Below, piece by piece: positions 7,461 through 20,550 of a stretch of DNA of 64,000 nt; position 1 is the stretch's first letter, and every line of letters begins with the position of its first letter. The notes under the pieces are model-generated. The model was given only the letters and a program-made list of their open reading frames with translations. It was not told where the DNA came from and did no database searches. The translations under genes were made by a program, and so were the position numbers. The DNA is from Rubrivivax sp. (GTDB taxonomy: Bacteria > Pseudomonadota > Gammaproteobacteria > Burkholderiales > Burkholderiaceae_C), in the NCBI GenBank assembly GCA_027487905.1, contig JAIYCR010000088.1, forward strand, positions 7,054 to 71,053. Reading direction: 5' to 3'.

Positions 7461-9775
7461 GCGTCGCCTCCGCGCGCCCAGCGGTGGTAGCGCTCGACCC
7501 AGCGCAGCACGCCCTGCGGCGCATGGGCGCGCTTCCAGGCGCCGGCCACGGCCTTGTTCGCCTCGTTCATCGTGGGGTAGACATGCACCGCACCCAGGAT
7601 GCGGTTCAGCCCCAGCCCGGCCTTCATCGCCAGCACCCACTCGGCGATCAGTTCACCCGCGTGGGCACCCACGATGGTCACGCCCAGCACCGTGTCGCGC
7701 CCGGGCACTGTCAGCACCTGCACGAAGCCCTGGGTCTGGCCGTCGGCAATGGCGCGGTCGTGGTCGTCCAGTTCGACGCGGGTCACCTCGAAGGGCACGC
7801 CCTGTTCGCGGGCCTCGGCCTGGCTCAGGCCGACGCGGGCCACCTCGGGGTCGGTGAAGGTGCACCAGGGGATCACCCGGTGGTCCACCTTGAAGCGGCG
7901 AAAGCGGCCGAACAGCGCGTTCACCGCCGCCGTCCAGGCCTGGTGGGACGCCGTGTGGGTGAACTGCCAGGGGCCTGCCACGTCGCCGGCGGCCAGGATG
8001 TTGGGCAGCCGGGTGTGCAGGCCGGCATCGGTCTGCAGCACCCGGGCCGGGGCGGTCGGGTCCACCAGGCCCAGCTCCTCCAGGCCGAAGCCGCGCACCC
8101 GCGGCGTGCGTCCGACCGCCACCAGCAGCGCATCGAAGGCCAGGTCCACCCGCTGGCTGTCCACCTCGAGCTCGATCATCCGCTGCCTAGGCGTAGGCGA
8201 CAGCGCAGAGGAAGTCGGCCCGCCAGACGCGGAGCCGACCTCCCCCAGCTCCCCCTGCTCCACCCAGCACCGGCGCGCCCGGTGGCCGGTGAGCACCTTC
8301 ACGCCGGAGGCCTCCAGCGCGCTGCGCACGCAGGCGCTGGCCGCCTCTTCCTCGCGGGGCATCAGCCGGGGGCCCATCTCGACCTGCGTCACCTCGGAGC
8401 CCAGGCGGGCGAAGGCCTGGGCGAGTTCGCAGCCGATGGGGCCGCCGCCCAGCACCACCAGCCGGCGCGGCAGCTCGCGCAGCGTCCACAGCGTGTCGCT
8501 GGTGAGGAAGCCCACCGCGTCCAGCCCCGGCAAGGGCGGCACCGTGGGCGACGCGCCGGTGGCCACGACGATGCTGCGGGTGGACAGCCGCTGCACGCTG
8601 CCGTCGGCCCGGGTGATCTGCACATGCCAGGGGTCGAGGATGCGGGCCTCGCCTTGTTCCACCTCCACGCCCAGCCCGGTGTAGCGCTGCACCGAATCGT
8701 GGGGCGCGATGTCGGCGATGACGCGGTGGATGCGGTCCATCACGGCGGGGAAATCGACCACCGGCTCGTCCACCTGCAAGCCGAACTCGCGGGCCTGGCG
8801 GATGTCGTGCGCCAGCCGGGCGCTGCGGATCAGTGCCTTGCTGGGCACGCAGCCGGTGTTCAGGCAGTCGCCGCCCATCGCGTGACGCTCCACCAGCGTC
8901 ACCCGCGCCTTCACCGCCGCCGCGATGTAGCTCGTCACCAGCCCCGCCGCCCCGGCACCGATGACCACCAGGTTGCGGTCGAAGCGGCGCGGCCGGCGAT
9001 CGGCCCAGGGTGCATAGACCCGCCTTGCCTGCAGTGCGTCCAGTGCCCGCCGCGCGACCAGCGGGAACACGCCCAGCAGCGCGAAGCTCGCCACCAGGCC
9101 CGGGCTGAGGATGCCCGCCAGCGAATCGAGCCGTGCCAGTTGCGTGCCCGCATTCACATAGACCACCGTGCCGGCCAGCATGCCCAACTGGCTCACCCAG
9201 TAGAAGGTGCGGGCCTTCATGGCCGTCAGCCCCATCAGCAGGTTGATGACGAAGAAGGGCAGCACCGGCACCAGCCGCAGCGTGAACAGGTAGAAGCCGC
9301 CCTCGCGGGCGACGCCACGGTCGATCTCGGCCATGCGCGCACCGAAGCGGGCCTTGACCGCATCGCGCAGCAGGTGGCGCGACACCAGGAAGGCGAGCGT
9401 GGCACCCAGGCTGGAGGCGAAGGACACGATGACCAGGCCCCAACCCAAGCCGAAAAGCGCACCCGCGGCCAGCGTGAGCAGCGCCGCCCCGGGCAGCGAC
9501 AGCGCCGTCACTGCCACATAGAGCGCGAAGAAGGCGCCGGCCACCGTCCACGGGCGTTGCGCGAAGGCGGCGGCGAAATCGGCCTGCCGTTCCTGCAGCG
9601 CCGACAGCGTGAGGAAGCGACCGAGATCCAGCACGAAGAAGGCGAGCACCGCAGCTGCCAGCACCAGCAGCAACAGCGGCCGGCTCCAGCCGGCCTGCGG
9701 GTGACGGCGCGGCCTTCGCCGCCTGCGAATGTCGAGCGGACGGGCGTCGCCGGGGCGGCCTTGCGGATGGAGCAT
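7457..9775 (-). CDS. Fusion protein: TVP38/TMEM64 (DedA-superfamily) membrane domain plus class-I FAD pyridine-nucleotide-disulfide oxidoreductase
   Basis: The N-terminal roughly 250 aa are polytopic with FTLRLVPVLPFFVINLLMGLT. These are followed by VVIGAGAAGLVTSY, the redox-active GGDCLNTGCVPSKALI motif and a dimerisation domain. There is no HMA domain and no C-terminal Cys pair. Confidence 0.85.
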   Translation of the reverse strand: MLHPQGRPGDARPLDIRRRRRPRRHPQAGWSRPLLLLVLAAAVLAFFVLDLGRFLTLSALQERQADFAAAFAQRPWTVAGAFFALYVAVTALSLPGAALLTLAAGALFGLGWGLVIVSFASSLGATLAFLVSRHLLRDAVKARFGARMAEIDRGVAREGGFYLFTLRLVPVLPFFVINLLMGLTAMKARTFYWVSQLGMLAGTVVYVNAGTQLARLDSLAGILSPGLVASFALLGVFPLVARRALDALQARRVYAPWADRRPRRFDRNLVVIGAGAAGLVTSYIAAAVKARVTLVERHAMGGDCLNTGCVPSKALIRSARLAHDIRQAREFGLQVDEPVVDFPAVMDRIHRVIADIAPHDSVQRYTGLGVEVEQGEARILDPWHVQITRADGSVQRLSTRSIVVATGASPTVPPLPGLDAVGFLTSDTLWTLRELPRRLVVLGGGPIGCELAQAFARLGSEVTQVEMGPRLMPREEEAASACVRSALEASGVKVLTGHRARRCWVEQGELGEVGSASGGPTSSALSPTPRQRMIELEVDSQRVDLAFDALLVAVGRTPRVRGFGLEELGLVDPTAPARVLQTDAGLHTRLPNILAAGDVAGPWQFTHTASHQAWTAAVNALFGRFRRFKVDHRVIPWCTFTDPEVARVGLSQAEAREQGVPFEVTRVELDDHDRAIADGQTQGFVQVLTVPGRDTVLGVTIVGAHAGELIAEWVLAMKAGLGLNRILGAVHVYPTMNEANKAVAGAWKRAHAPQGVLRWVERYHRWARGGDA

Positions 9776-9814
9776 GGGAACCTTCAGCGGCAGGCGGCCG
9801 CGCCGACCCGAAGC

Positions 9815-10719
9815 CTAAGGCATGCCCCCGCCGGGTGCAGCCCGCCGCACGACCCCCGCCAGCGCGGCGCCGACGAGGGGTGCGCCCAGCACCGCGCCGG
9901 CGAACACGGCGAAGGTCGCCCAGCCGCTGGCGGCACCCGGCACGGCGCCGAGCAGCGGCAAGGCCACGACCAGCAGCGCGAAGAAGCCCACGAAGGCCCC
10001 GAAGCCGGTGACGAAGCCGCGCAGCAGCGCCTGCGTGGCCGCCACGCCATCGCGGCGCAGCGTGAAGACAGGCAGCACATTGCCGACGATGGGCAGTGCC
10101 AGCAGCCACCCGCCCACCGCAGGGGGCGCCTGCTCGGCGGCCACCAGCAGCAAGGCGGCCAGCAGCACGGCGGCACCCACCCGCCAGGGCAGGTCGTCGG
10201 GCCGGGGGGAGGCAGCGGCGGCGGCGGCATCGGCCGTCGCGGACCTCGCCTCGCCTGTGCTGGCGGCCGTGCCGGCCACCGCCGAGCCCGGCGCCAGCGC
10301 CGAGCGCCGCCCCAGCCACAGCCCGCCCAGCAGCACCGCGCACAGCGCCATCGGCAGGGCGAGCGAAGCCGAGGTGATGCTGGCGCCCAGAACCGCAGCC
10401 GCCAGGGCGAAGGCGGTGTTGGCCGCGGCGCTGCAGGCCGCCGGCCCATGGCGCCGCGCCCAGGCCGCGAAGACGACCTGGTGCAGCACGGTGGCCGGCA
10501 CGCAGGCCAGCGTGGCCACCGCAATCGCCCGGATGCCCGCCGGCGGCTGGGTCAGCAGCAGCAGGCCGGTGACGGTGCCGGCGATCAGCGGAAGCCCCGC
10601 CACCAGCCCGCCGGCGCGGTGCCCGTGCCGGCGGGCCAGCAAGGTGGCCCCGAGCACGATCAGGCCCACGCCCAGCAGCTTGACCGCCAGCAGCCCGGCG
10701 GCGGCGGCGTCCAGCGCCA

Positions 10720-10720
<1 letters not shown>
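9815..10720 (-). CDS. Hypothetical polytopic membrane protein (301 aa) built from two similar halves
   Basis: Hydrophobic Ala/Leu/Gly/Val-rich sequence, unlike the Arg/Pro-rich shadow ORFs. The start codon shares 1 nt with the upstream stop (TGATG at 10718-10722). No family recognised. Confidence 0.55.
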
Positions 10721-14363
<3,643 letters not shown>

Positions 14364-14367
<4 letters not shown>

Positions 14368-15026
14368 GGGAAGGTCCAGCGTTCGGTGACGAAACTCAGA
14401 AGGTGGTGCACCGGCAGGCCGGTGGCGGCGCGCACGGCGTCCGCGTGGGGCGGCAGGTTGGTGCACTCCAGCACGATGCAGCCAAGGCCCGGGTGGCGCT
14501 GCACCAGCCGGCGCGCTGCGGCCACGGTGCAGGCCTGCGCGTCGGCCGCGTCCAGCGTGGTCAGGTTCTCCAGCAGCGTGCGCTGCAGCGAGCAGCCGGG
14601 CTCCAGGCCCTGCACCGGCGTGTCGATGCTCGCACCGGCGGCGCGCAGGCATTCGGCGTCGAGCGAGGCGGCGTCCACCGTCAGCACGCCCGGCGAGGGC
14701 AGACCGGGCAGGGCCAGCAGCGCGGAGGTCCAGACGGGAAGCTCCGGCCCGACCGCCCGCTGCAGCGCCGCCTGATGGCGTACCAGGAAGCCGCAGCTGG
14801 TGGTGAGGGCCGCGGCGCCTTCGGCCCGGAGCGCCAGCGCCGCGGCGATGAAGTCGTCGAGCAGGCCGCTCGCGCCCTGACGCACCACCCGCTCGGGCGA
14901 GGCGCCCTCCACCGTGCGCACCCGCACCGGCATCGGCCAGGCGTCGGCGCGGCCGGCGTCCCCGATCAGACGGGGAAAGCGCGTGTCCAGCCGCAGCAGG
15001 CCGAGCCAGGGCGCTTCGGACCGCAT
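14364..15026 (-). CDS. Asp/Glu/hydantoin-racemase-superfamily protein (220 aa)
   Basis: It has two Cys motifs in the expected positions (TTSCGFL and VLECTNLPP). The stop overlaps the oxoprolinase ATG (tcat at 14364-14367). Confidence 0.75.
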
Positions 15027-15055
15027 CGCGGGCGCCAGGCGCCGAGCGGCGGGCT

Positions 15056-15610
15056 TCACATGGAGGTGGCCGCGCGGGCGGCCTGGTCGTAGTGGCCGCT
15101 GAGGGTGCGCAGCAGCCGGGCGAGGTCGCCCACGCCGGCGTTGAGCTGCGGGTCGAGGTTGCCGGTCAGGCAGGCCTCGCGCACTTCGCGGTAGCGCTGC
15201 ACGAAGGCCTCGCCCTCGGCGCTGGGGCTGTAGAACACCTCCTTGCCCTGGCGGTCGGGCCGGGCCAGGCCCGCGGCGACGAGCTTCTTCAGTGCATAGG
15301 CCACCACATGCGTGTCCTCGTAGTTGAGGACGAAGCAGATGTCGGCGAGCTTCTTGTTGCGCGCCCGGTGGTTGATGTGGTGCAGCACCAGCACGTCGGT
15401 GATGGTGAGGTCGGGCAGGCCGGCCGCGGCCATGCAGCGCACGGCCCAGCGCGAGAAGGCATTCCACGCGACGATGAGGCCGAACTCGAACTCGGACAGC
15501 TGCGGGCTGTGCTGCGACACCAGGTGGGAGGACGACACGATTCCCCCACCCTTCAACGCCAGGGGTGCGGGGGCGGATCGGGCGCGCTTTCGACTCGGTG
15601 TTTTCACCAT
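15056..15610 (-). CDS. MarR-like winged-helix transcriptional regulator
   Basis: [51 protein letters not shown] is a wHTH. I chose the ATG at 15610 over the TTG at 15643 used by the ORF track. Confidence 0.7.
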   Translation of the reverse strand: MVKTPSRKRARSAPAPLALKGGGIVSSSHLVSQHSPQLSEFEFGLIVAWNAFSRWAVRCMAAAGLPDLTITDVLVLHHINHRARNKKLADICFVLNYEDTHVVAYALKKLVAAGLARPDRQGKEVFYSPSAEGEAFVQRYREVREACLTGNLDPQLNAGVGDLARLLRTLSGHYDQAARAATSM

Positions 15611-15739
15611 GACCTCCACGAATCGTTGGCACTTTATCGACAAGTTCTCTAGACTTCAATCGAATCGTGCCCAGGTCACCGAATCGGTGCGGCACGGTCC
15701 CTGCTGGCAGTCCGTCCGCATCACCTTCCGGAGATTCCC

Positions 15740-16711
15740 ATGCGATCCACCTTCCGCGCCCTCGGCGTCGCCGCCGCCCTCGCCTTCACGCTCACCGCGC
15801 AGGCCCAGACCAGGTGGGACCTGCCCGCGGCCTACCCGGCCGCCAACTTCCACACCGTGAACCTTCAGCAGTTCGCCGACGAGGTGGACAAGGCCAGCGG
15901 CGGCAAGCTCAAGATCACCGTGCATGCCAACGCCAGCCTCTTCAAGGCGCCGGAGATCAAGCGTGCCGTGCAGGGTGGCCAGGCCCAGATCGGCGAGGTG
16001 CTGCTGGTCAACTTCCAGAACGAATGGCCCATCTTCGGGGCCGACGGCCTGCCCTTCCTGGCCGACAGCTACGACGAGGCCGCCAAGCTGTGGCGCGTGC
16101 AGAAGCCGATGCTCGACAAGAAGCTCGCCGAGCAGGGCATGATGGTTCTCTACTCGGTGCCGTGGCCGCCCCAGGGTATCTACAGCAAGCGGCCGCTGAA
16201 CAGCGCCGCCGACCTGAAGGGCATCAAGTGGCGCGCCTACAGCCCGGCCACCGCGCGCATCGCCGAACTGGTGGGCGCCCAGCCCGTCACGGTGCAGGCC
16301 GCCGAGGTGAGCCAGGCCTTCGCCACCGGCGTCACCGAGTCGATGATGAGCTCGGGCTCCACCGGCTGGGATGCCAAGCTGCATGAGCATGTGAAGTTCT
16401 GGTACGACACCCAGGCCTGGCTGCCGAAGAACGCGGTGCTGGTCAACCGCGCCGCCTTCAATGCGCTGGACAAGGCCACGCAGGACGCGGTGATGAAGGC
16501 CGGCGCCGACGCCGAAACCCGCGGCTGGGCCGCCAGCCGCCGCGCCAACACCGAGAGCCTGGACCGGCTCAAGGGCGGCGGCATGCAGATCCTGCCCCCG
16601 CCCCCGGCCCTCACCGCCGACATGAAGAAGGTGGGCGATACGCTGCTCAAGGAATGGCTGGAGAAGGCCGGCGCCGAGGGCCAGGCGCTGGTCGACGCCT
16701 ACCGCAAGTAA
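15740..16711 (+). CDS. TRAP transporter substrate-binding protein (DctP family)
   Basis: It has a signal peptide (ALAFTLTAQAQT) and a DctP-like body (KLKITVHANASLFKAPEIKRAVQGGQAQIGEVL). Confidence 0.9.
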   Translation: MRSTFRALGVAAALAFTLTAQAQTRWDLPAAYPAANFHTVNLQQFADEVDKASGGKLKITVHANASLFKAPEIKRAVQGGQAQIGEVLLVNFQNEWPIFGADGLPFLADSYDEAAKLWRVQKPMLDKKLAEQGMMVLYSVPWPPQGIYSKRPLNSAADLKGIKWRAYSPATARIAELVGAQPVTVQAAEVSQAFATGVTESMMSSGSTGWDAKLHEHVKFWYDTQAWLPKNAVLVNRAAFNALDKATQDAVMKAGADAETRGWAASRRANTESLDRLKGGGMQILPPPPALTADMKKVGDTLLKEWLEKAGAEGQALVDAYRK

Positions 16712-16738
16712 GACAGGGCCACCGCTTCGAGGACCGCC

Positions 16739-17248
16739 ATGCGCCGCGCCCTGGACACCCTCTACGACGGCGCCGCCTGGCTGGCCGCCCTGTGCATGGT
16801 CGGCCTGCTGGCCATGGTGCTGCTGTCGGTGCTGAGCCGGCAGCTGCACTTCCATGTGCCGGGCACCGATGCCTATGCCGGCTACCTGATGGCCGGTGCC
16901 GGCTTCCTGGCGCTGGCCCACACCCTCAAGCGCGGCGAACACATCCGCGTGACGCTGCTGCTGGGCGCGCTGGGGGCGCGTGCGCGCCGGGGCTTCGAGC
17001 TCTGGGCGCTGGCCGCGGCCAGCGCGCTGGCTGGCCTCACCGCCTTCTATGCCGCGCGGCTTGTCTGGCAGTCCCGGCTCTTCAACGACATCTCCACCGG
17101 CAACGACGCCACGCCGCTGTGGCTTCCACAGCTGGGTTTCGCGGTGGGCACGGCCATCCTCTTCATCGCCTTCGTCGACGAACTGGTGCTCGAACTGCAG
17201 GGCCGTCGCGTGGTGGCCACGCCCGAGGAGGCCACCCGCAATGAATGA
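16739..17248 (+). CDS. TRAP transporter small permease (DctQ family)
   Basis: 169 aa, four hydrophobic segments, located between the DctP and DctM genes. Confidence 0.85.
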   Translation: MRRALDTLYDGAAWLAALCMVGLLAMVLLSVLSRQLHFHVPGTDAYAGYLMAGAGFLALAHTLKRGEHIRVTLLLGALGARARRGFELWALAAASALAGLTAFYAARLVWQSRLFNDISTGNDATPLWLPQLGFAVGTAILFIAFVDELVLELQGRRVVATPEEATRNE

Positions 17249-17283
17249 GACCGCCCTGCCCCACCGCCCGGAGCCGCACCACC

Positions 17284-18585
17284 ATGGGTGACATCGCCGT
17301 CTCGCTGCTGCTGATCGCAGCCCTCTTCCTCATCCTGGGCAGCGGGGTGTGGATCGGTCTGGCACTGTCGGGCGTGGCCTGGATCGGCATGCAACTCTTC
17401 AGCGCCCGTCCCGCCGGCGACGCGATGGCCGTCACCATCTGGGGCAGCGCCTCGAGCTGGACGCTCACCGCGCTGCCGCTGTTCGTGTGGATGGGCGAGA
17501 TCCTCTTCCGCACCCGGCTGAGCCAGGACATGTTCCGGGGCCTGGCGCCCTGGATGCAGCGCCTGCCCGGGCGGCTGCTGCATGTGAACGTGGCCGGCTG
17601 CACCCTCTTCGCGGCCGTGTCGGGTTCGAGCGCGGCCACCTGCGCCACCATCGGCAAGATGAGCCTGCCCGAGCTCGCCCGGCGCGGCTACCCGGACGGC
17701 ATCAGCATCGGCTCCCTGGCCGGCGCCGGCACGCTGGGCCTGCTGATCCCGCCGTCGATCATCATGATCGTCTACGGCGTGAGCGCCGATGTGTCCATCT
17801 CGCAGCTCTTCATCGCCGGCGTCATCCCCGGGCTGATGCTCGCGCTGCTGTTCTCGGGCTACATCGCGCTGTGGGCGCTGCGCCACCCCGAGCAGGTGCC
17901 GCCGGCCGACGCGCCGATGACGCTGCGCCAGAAGCTGCACGAGTCGCGCCACCTGATCCCGGTGGTGGTGCTCATCGCGGCGGTGCTGGGCAGCATCTAC
18001 AGCGGCATCGCCACCGCCACCGAGGCCGCGGCCATCGGCGTGCTGGGCTCGCTGGTCATCTCGGCCGTGCAGGGCTCGCTCAGCTGGCAGACCTTCAAGG
18101 ATTCGCTGCTCGGCGGCACCCGGCTGTACTGCATGATCGCGCTGATCCTCGCCGGCGCGGCCTTCCTCACGCTGAGCATGGGCTACATCGGCCTGCCGCG
18201 GCACCTGGCCGAGTTCATCGGCAGCCTGGGTCTGAGCCAGTGGCAGCTCATCGCCGTGCTGATGGTGTTCTACATCGTGCTCGGCTGCTTCCTGGACGGC
18301 ATCTCGATGGTGGTGCTCACCATGGGCGTGATCATGCCCACGGTGACGGCCGCGGGCATCGACCCGCTGTGGTTCGGCATCTTCATCGTGCTGGTCGTCG
18401 AGATGGCGCAGATCACGCCGCCGGTGGGCTTCAACCTCTTCGTGCTGCAGGGCATGACCCGGCGCGACATCGGCTGGATCGCCCGGGTCACGCTGCCCTT
18501 CTTCTTCGTGATGGTGCTGGCCGTGGCGCTGGTCTACACCTTCCCGGGGCTCGTCACCTGGCTGCCGCGGCAGATGCTGGGCTGA
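17284..18585 (+). CDS. TRAP transporter large permease (DctM family)
   Basis: MGDIAVSLLLIAALFLILGSGVWIGLAL is a typical DctM N-terminus, with GGAG 9 nt upstream. An alternative ATGA-coupled start lies at 17245. Confidence 0.9.
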   Translation: MGDIAVSLLLIAALFLILGSGVWIGLALSGVAWIGMQLFSARPAGDAMAVTIWGSASSWTLTALPLFVWMGEILFRTRLSQDMFRGLAPWMQRLPGRLLHVNVAGCTLFAAVSGSSAATCATIGKMSLPELARRGYPDGISIGSLAGAGTLGLLIPPSIIMIVYGVSADVSISQLFIAGVIPGLMLALLFSGYIALWALRHPEQVPPADAPMTLRQKLHESRHLIPVVVLIAAVLGSIYSGIATATEAAAIGVLGSLVISAVQGSLSWQTFKDSLLGGTRLYCMIALILAGAAFLTLSMGYIGLPRHLAEFIGSLGLSQWQLIAVLMVFYIVLGCFLDGISMVVLTMGVIMPTVTAAGIDPLWFGIFIVLVVEMAQITPPVGFNLFVLQGMTRRDIGWIARVTLPFFFVMVLAVALVYTFPGLVTWLPRQMLG

Positions 18586-18603
18586 AGCCTTGAACAGGGC
18601 CGC

Positions 18604-18912
18604 TCAGTCTTCGTAGAGCGTGAGGTCCACGTCGGCTGCGCGCTCGCGCAGCGGCAGCAGCGCCTGGTAGGCCGCCGACTCGAACCAGGCCCGCGCCTGC
18701 GCGCTGCCGGGAAAGCGCAGCACCACCACCGTGGGCTTGTGGCCCGAAGCCGACGCCGCGCCCAGCGCGCGGCCACCGTCCGCCCGCATCACCACCGTGC
18801 CGCCGAAGGGTTCGAGCGTGGCCGGCACGCCGGCGCGGTAGGCATCCCAGGCAGCTTCGTCCTTGACGGCGATTCGGCCCAGGACATGGGCGGGCTGGGG
18901 CGTCGGGCTCAT
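18604..18912 (-). CDS. DUF1330-domain protein (102 aa)
   Basis: IAVKDEAAWDAYRAGVPATLEPFGGTVV...VVVLRFPGSAQARAWFESAAYQAL matches the DUF1330/dimeric alpha-beta barrel pattern as I recall it. Confidence 0.75.
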   Translation of the reverse strand: MSPTPQPAHVLGRIAVKDEAAWDAYRAGVPATLEPFGGTVVMRADGGRALGAASASGHKPTVVVLRFPGSAQARAWFESAAYQALLPLRERAADVDLTLYED

Positions 18913-19038
18913 CGGGTCTCCTGGGTGGGTGGGGCCGCGGCAAGGCGCCGCCGCAGCAGTGCCGGGATGGTGCCATGCAGCGCGTGCTCACCGCCCTGCC
19001 CGAGGCCCGGCACGGTCGTCCTCACACGGAACAAGGTG

Positions 19039-20457
19039 TCAGCCGAAGCGGGCGGGTGCGCAGGCCCTTGCCACGCCGTCGCCCAGCACCGCCGCTGCGC
19101 CAGGCTGCCCGCCGGTGACCCAGCCCGCCAGCAACTCGCCCGAGACCGGCGCGGTGGCCAGGCCCACATGGCCGTGGCCGCAGGCGAGGAACAGGCCCTC
19201 GCAGCCCGGAACCGGACCGATGGCCGGCAGGCCGTCCGGCGTGGATGGCCTGTGGCCCATCCACCTCGTCGCACCCGCCGGCGGCTCGTCCGACGCCAGG
19301 GCCCGGGCATGAAGGCCGAGCGAGGCCGCCGCCTGTGGCGACAACACCCGTCGCGCATGCCACCACAGCACCCGGACACGGTGCCAGTCGGGCGGCGCCC
19401 CGGGACGGGCGAGCTCGACCTGGCCGGCCACCCGCAGGCCGGCGGGTGTCAGCGTCACCGCCATGCGGCCATCCGAGGGCATCACCGGCTGGGGCCAGTC
19501 GAGCTGGCCGGGCAGTACGAGGTGATAGCCGCGCTCGCTGGCCAGGCTCAGGCCGCAGCGGGGCCCTCCGGGTGCGCGGGCGAAGGCCCGCATCAGCGCC
19601 TCAGTGCCGATGCCGGCGGCCAGCACCACCGTCTGCACCGGCCATTCGCCCGGCATCGCGCCGGGCGCTGCCGGGTGCTGCGACCAAGGGTGCTGCAGGC
19701 CTAGCGCCTCGATGCGGCCCGCACGGAAGCGCGCCCCCGTCACCCGGGCGCGCAGGCACCGCACGCCCTGCTCCACCGCCAGGCGCTGCAGGGCCGCCGC
19801 ATAGGCCCCTGGATCGGGCACGTGCGCGCCGGTGCCCACCCGCAGCGCCAGCGGCAGGCGCGGCGACAGGCTGGGAGCGGCCGCCTGCAGGGCCGCGCCC
19901 TGCAGGACTTCAGCCGCCACGCCAGCCGCCTCCCTCAGCGCCCAGCCCAGGCGGTCGGCCTGCAGCGCCGCGGTGTCCGGATAGGCATAGAGCAGGCCGT
20001 TGCGCTGCACCGCATCGGGGCTGCCCGCCGCGCCTGCCAGCCGCGCATGACGCTCGGGCGCATCCCGCAGCAGACGGGCCAGAACCGAGGACGTGGCCTG
20101 CACCCGCTCGAGCGTCGAGCCGGCCCGCACGAAACGCCACAGCCAGGCTGCCAGCCCCGGCACAGCCGCAGGCCTGAGCACCAGCGGTCCGTTGCGGTCG
20201 AGCAGCAGGCCCGGCAGCCTCGCCAGCAGCCCCGGGGTGGACATGGGCACCACCGACGCCGGGCTGATCCAGCCGCCGTTGCCGAAGCTCGCGGCCTGCG
20301 GCCCGCCTGCCGGGTCGGGGTCGATCAAGTCCACGGTGCGCCCGGCACGCACCAGCGCCAGCGCACAGCAAAGGCCCACCAGGCCTGCGCCGACCACCGT
20401 CACACGAGGCGTGTCGACGGCGTCAGGACCGGCAAATGGAGGCGAAGCGGGGTGCAT
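19039..20457 (-). CDS. FAD-dependent oxidoreductase, D-amino-acid-dehydrogenase (DadA/DAO)-like
   Basis: VTVVGAGLVGLCCALALVRAG is a dinucleotide fold. The C-terminus has GHGHVGLATAPVSGELLA. Internal Met at aa 276 of ORF 19039..21282. Confidence 0.8.
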   Translation of the reverse strand: MHPASPPFAGPDAVDTPRVTVVGAGLVGLCCALALVRAGRTVDLIDPDPAGGPQAASFGNGGWISPASVVPMSTPGLLARLPGLLLDRNGPLVLRPAAVPGLAAWLWRFVRAGSTLERVQATSSVLARLLRDAPERHARLAGAAGSPDAVQRNGLLYAYPDTAALQADRLGWALREAAGVAAEVLQGAALQAAAPSLSPRLPLALRVGTGAHVPDPGAYAAALQRLAVEQGVRCLRARVTGARFRAGRIEALGLQHPWSQHPAAPGAMPGEWPVQTVVLAAGIGTEALMRAFARAPGGPRCGLSLASERGYHLVLPGQLDWPQPVMPSDGRMAVTLTPAGLRVAGQVELARPGAPPDWHRVRVLWWHARRVLSPQAAASLGLHARALASDEPPAGATRWMGHRPSTPDGLPAIGPVPGCEGLFLACGHGHVGLATAPVSGELLAGWVTGGQPGAAAVLGDGVARACAPARFG

Positions 20458-20550
20458 ATCGGGGCTTGGGAACAGACCGGGCTGCCTAGCATCGGGTTGA
20501 AAACGTCTGCGTTCGGGAGGCGGCGTCGCCCCCACCACCGGAGTGTCCCC

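Noticed and set aside
7457-9775. Calling the disulfide-reductase fusion a mercuric reductase (MerA)
   Set aside because: There is no N-terminal HMA (GMTCxxC) domain and no C-terminal vicinal Cys pair. There are no merR/T/P genes nearby. Only the generic CxxxxC flavoprotein core is shared.
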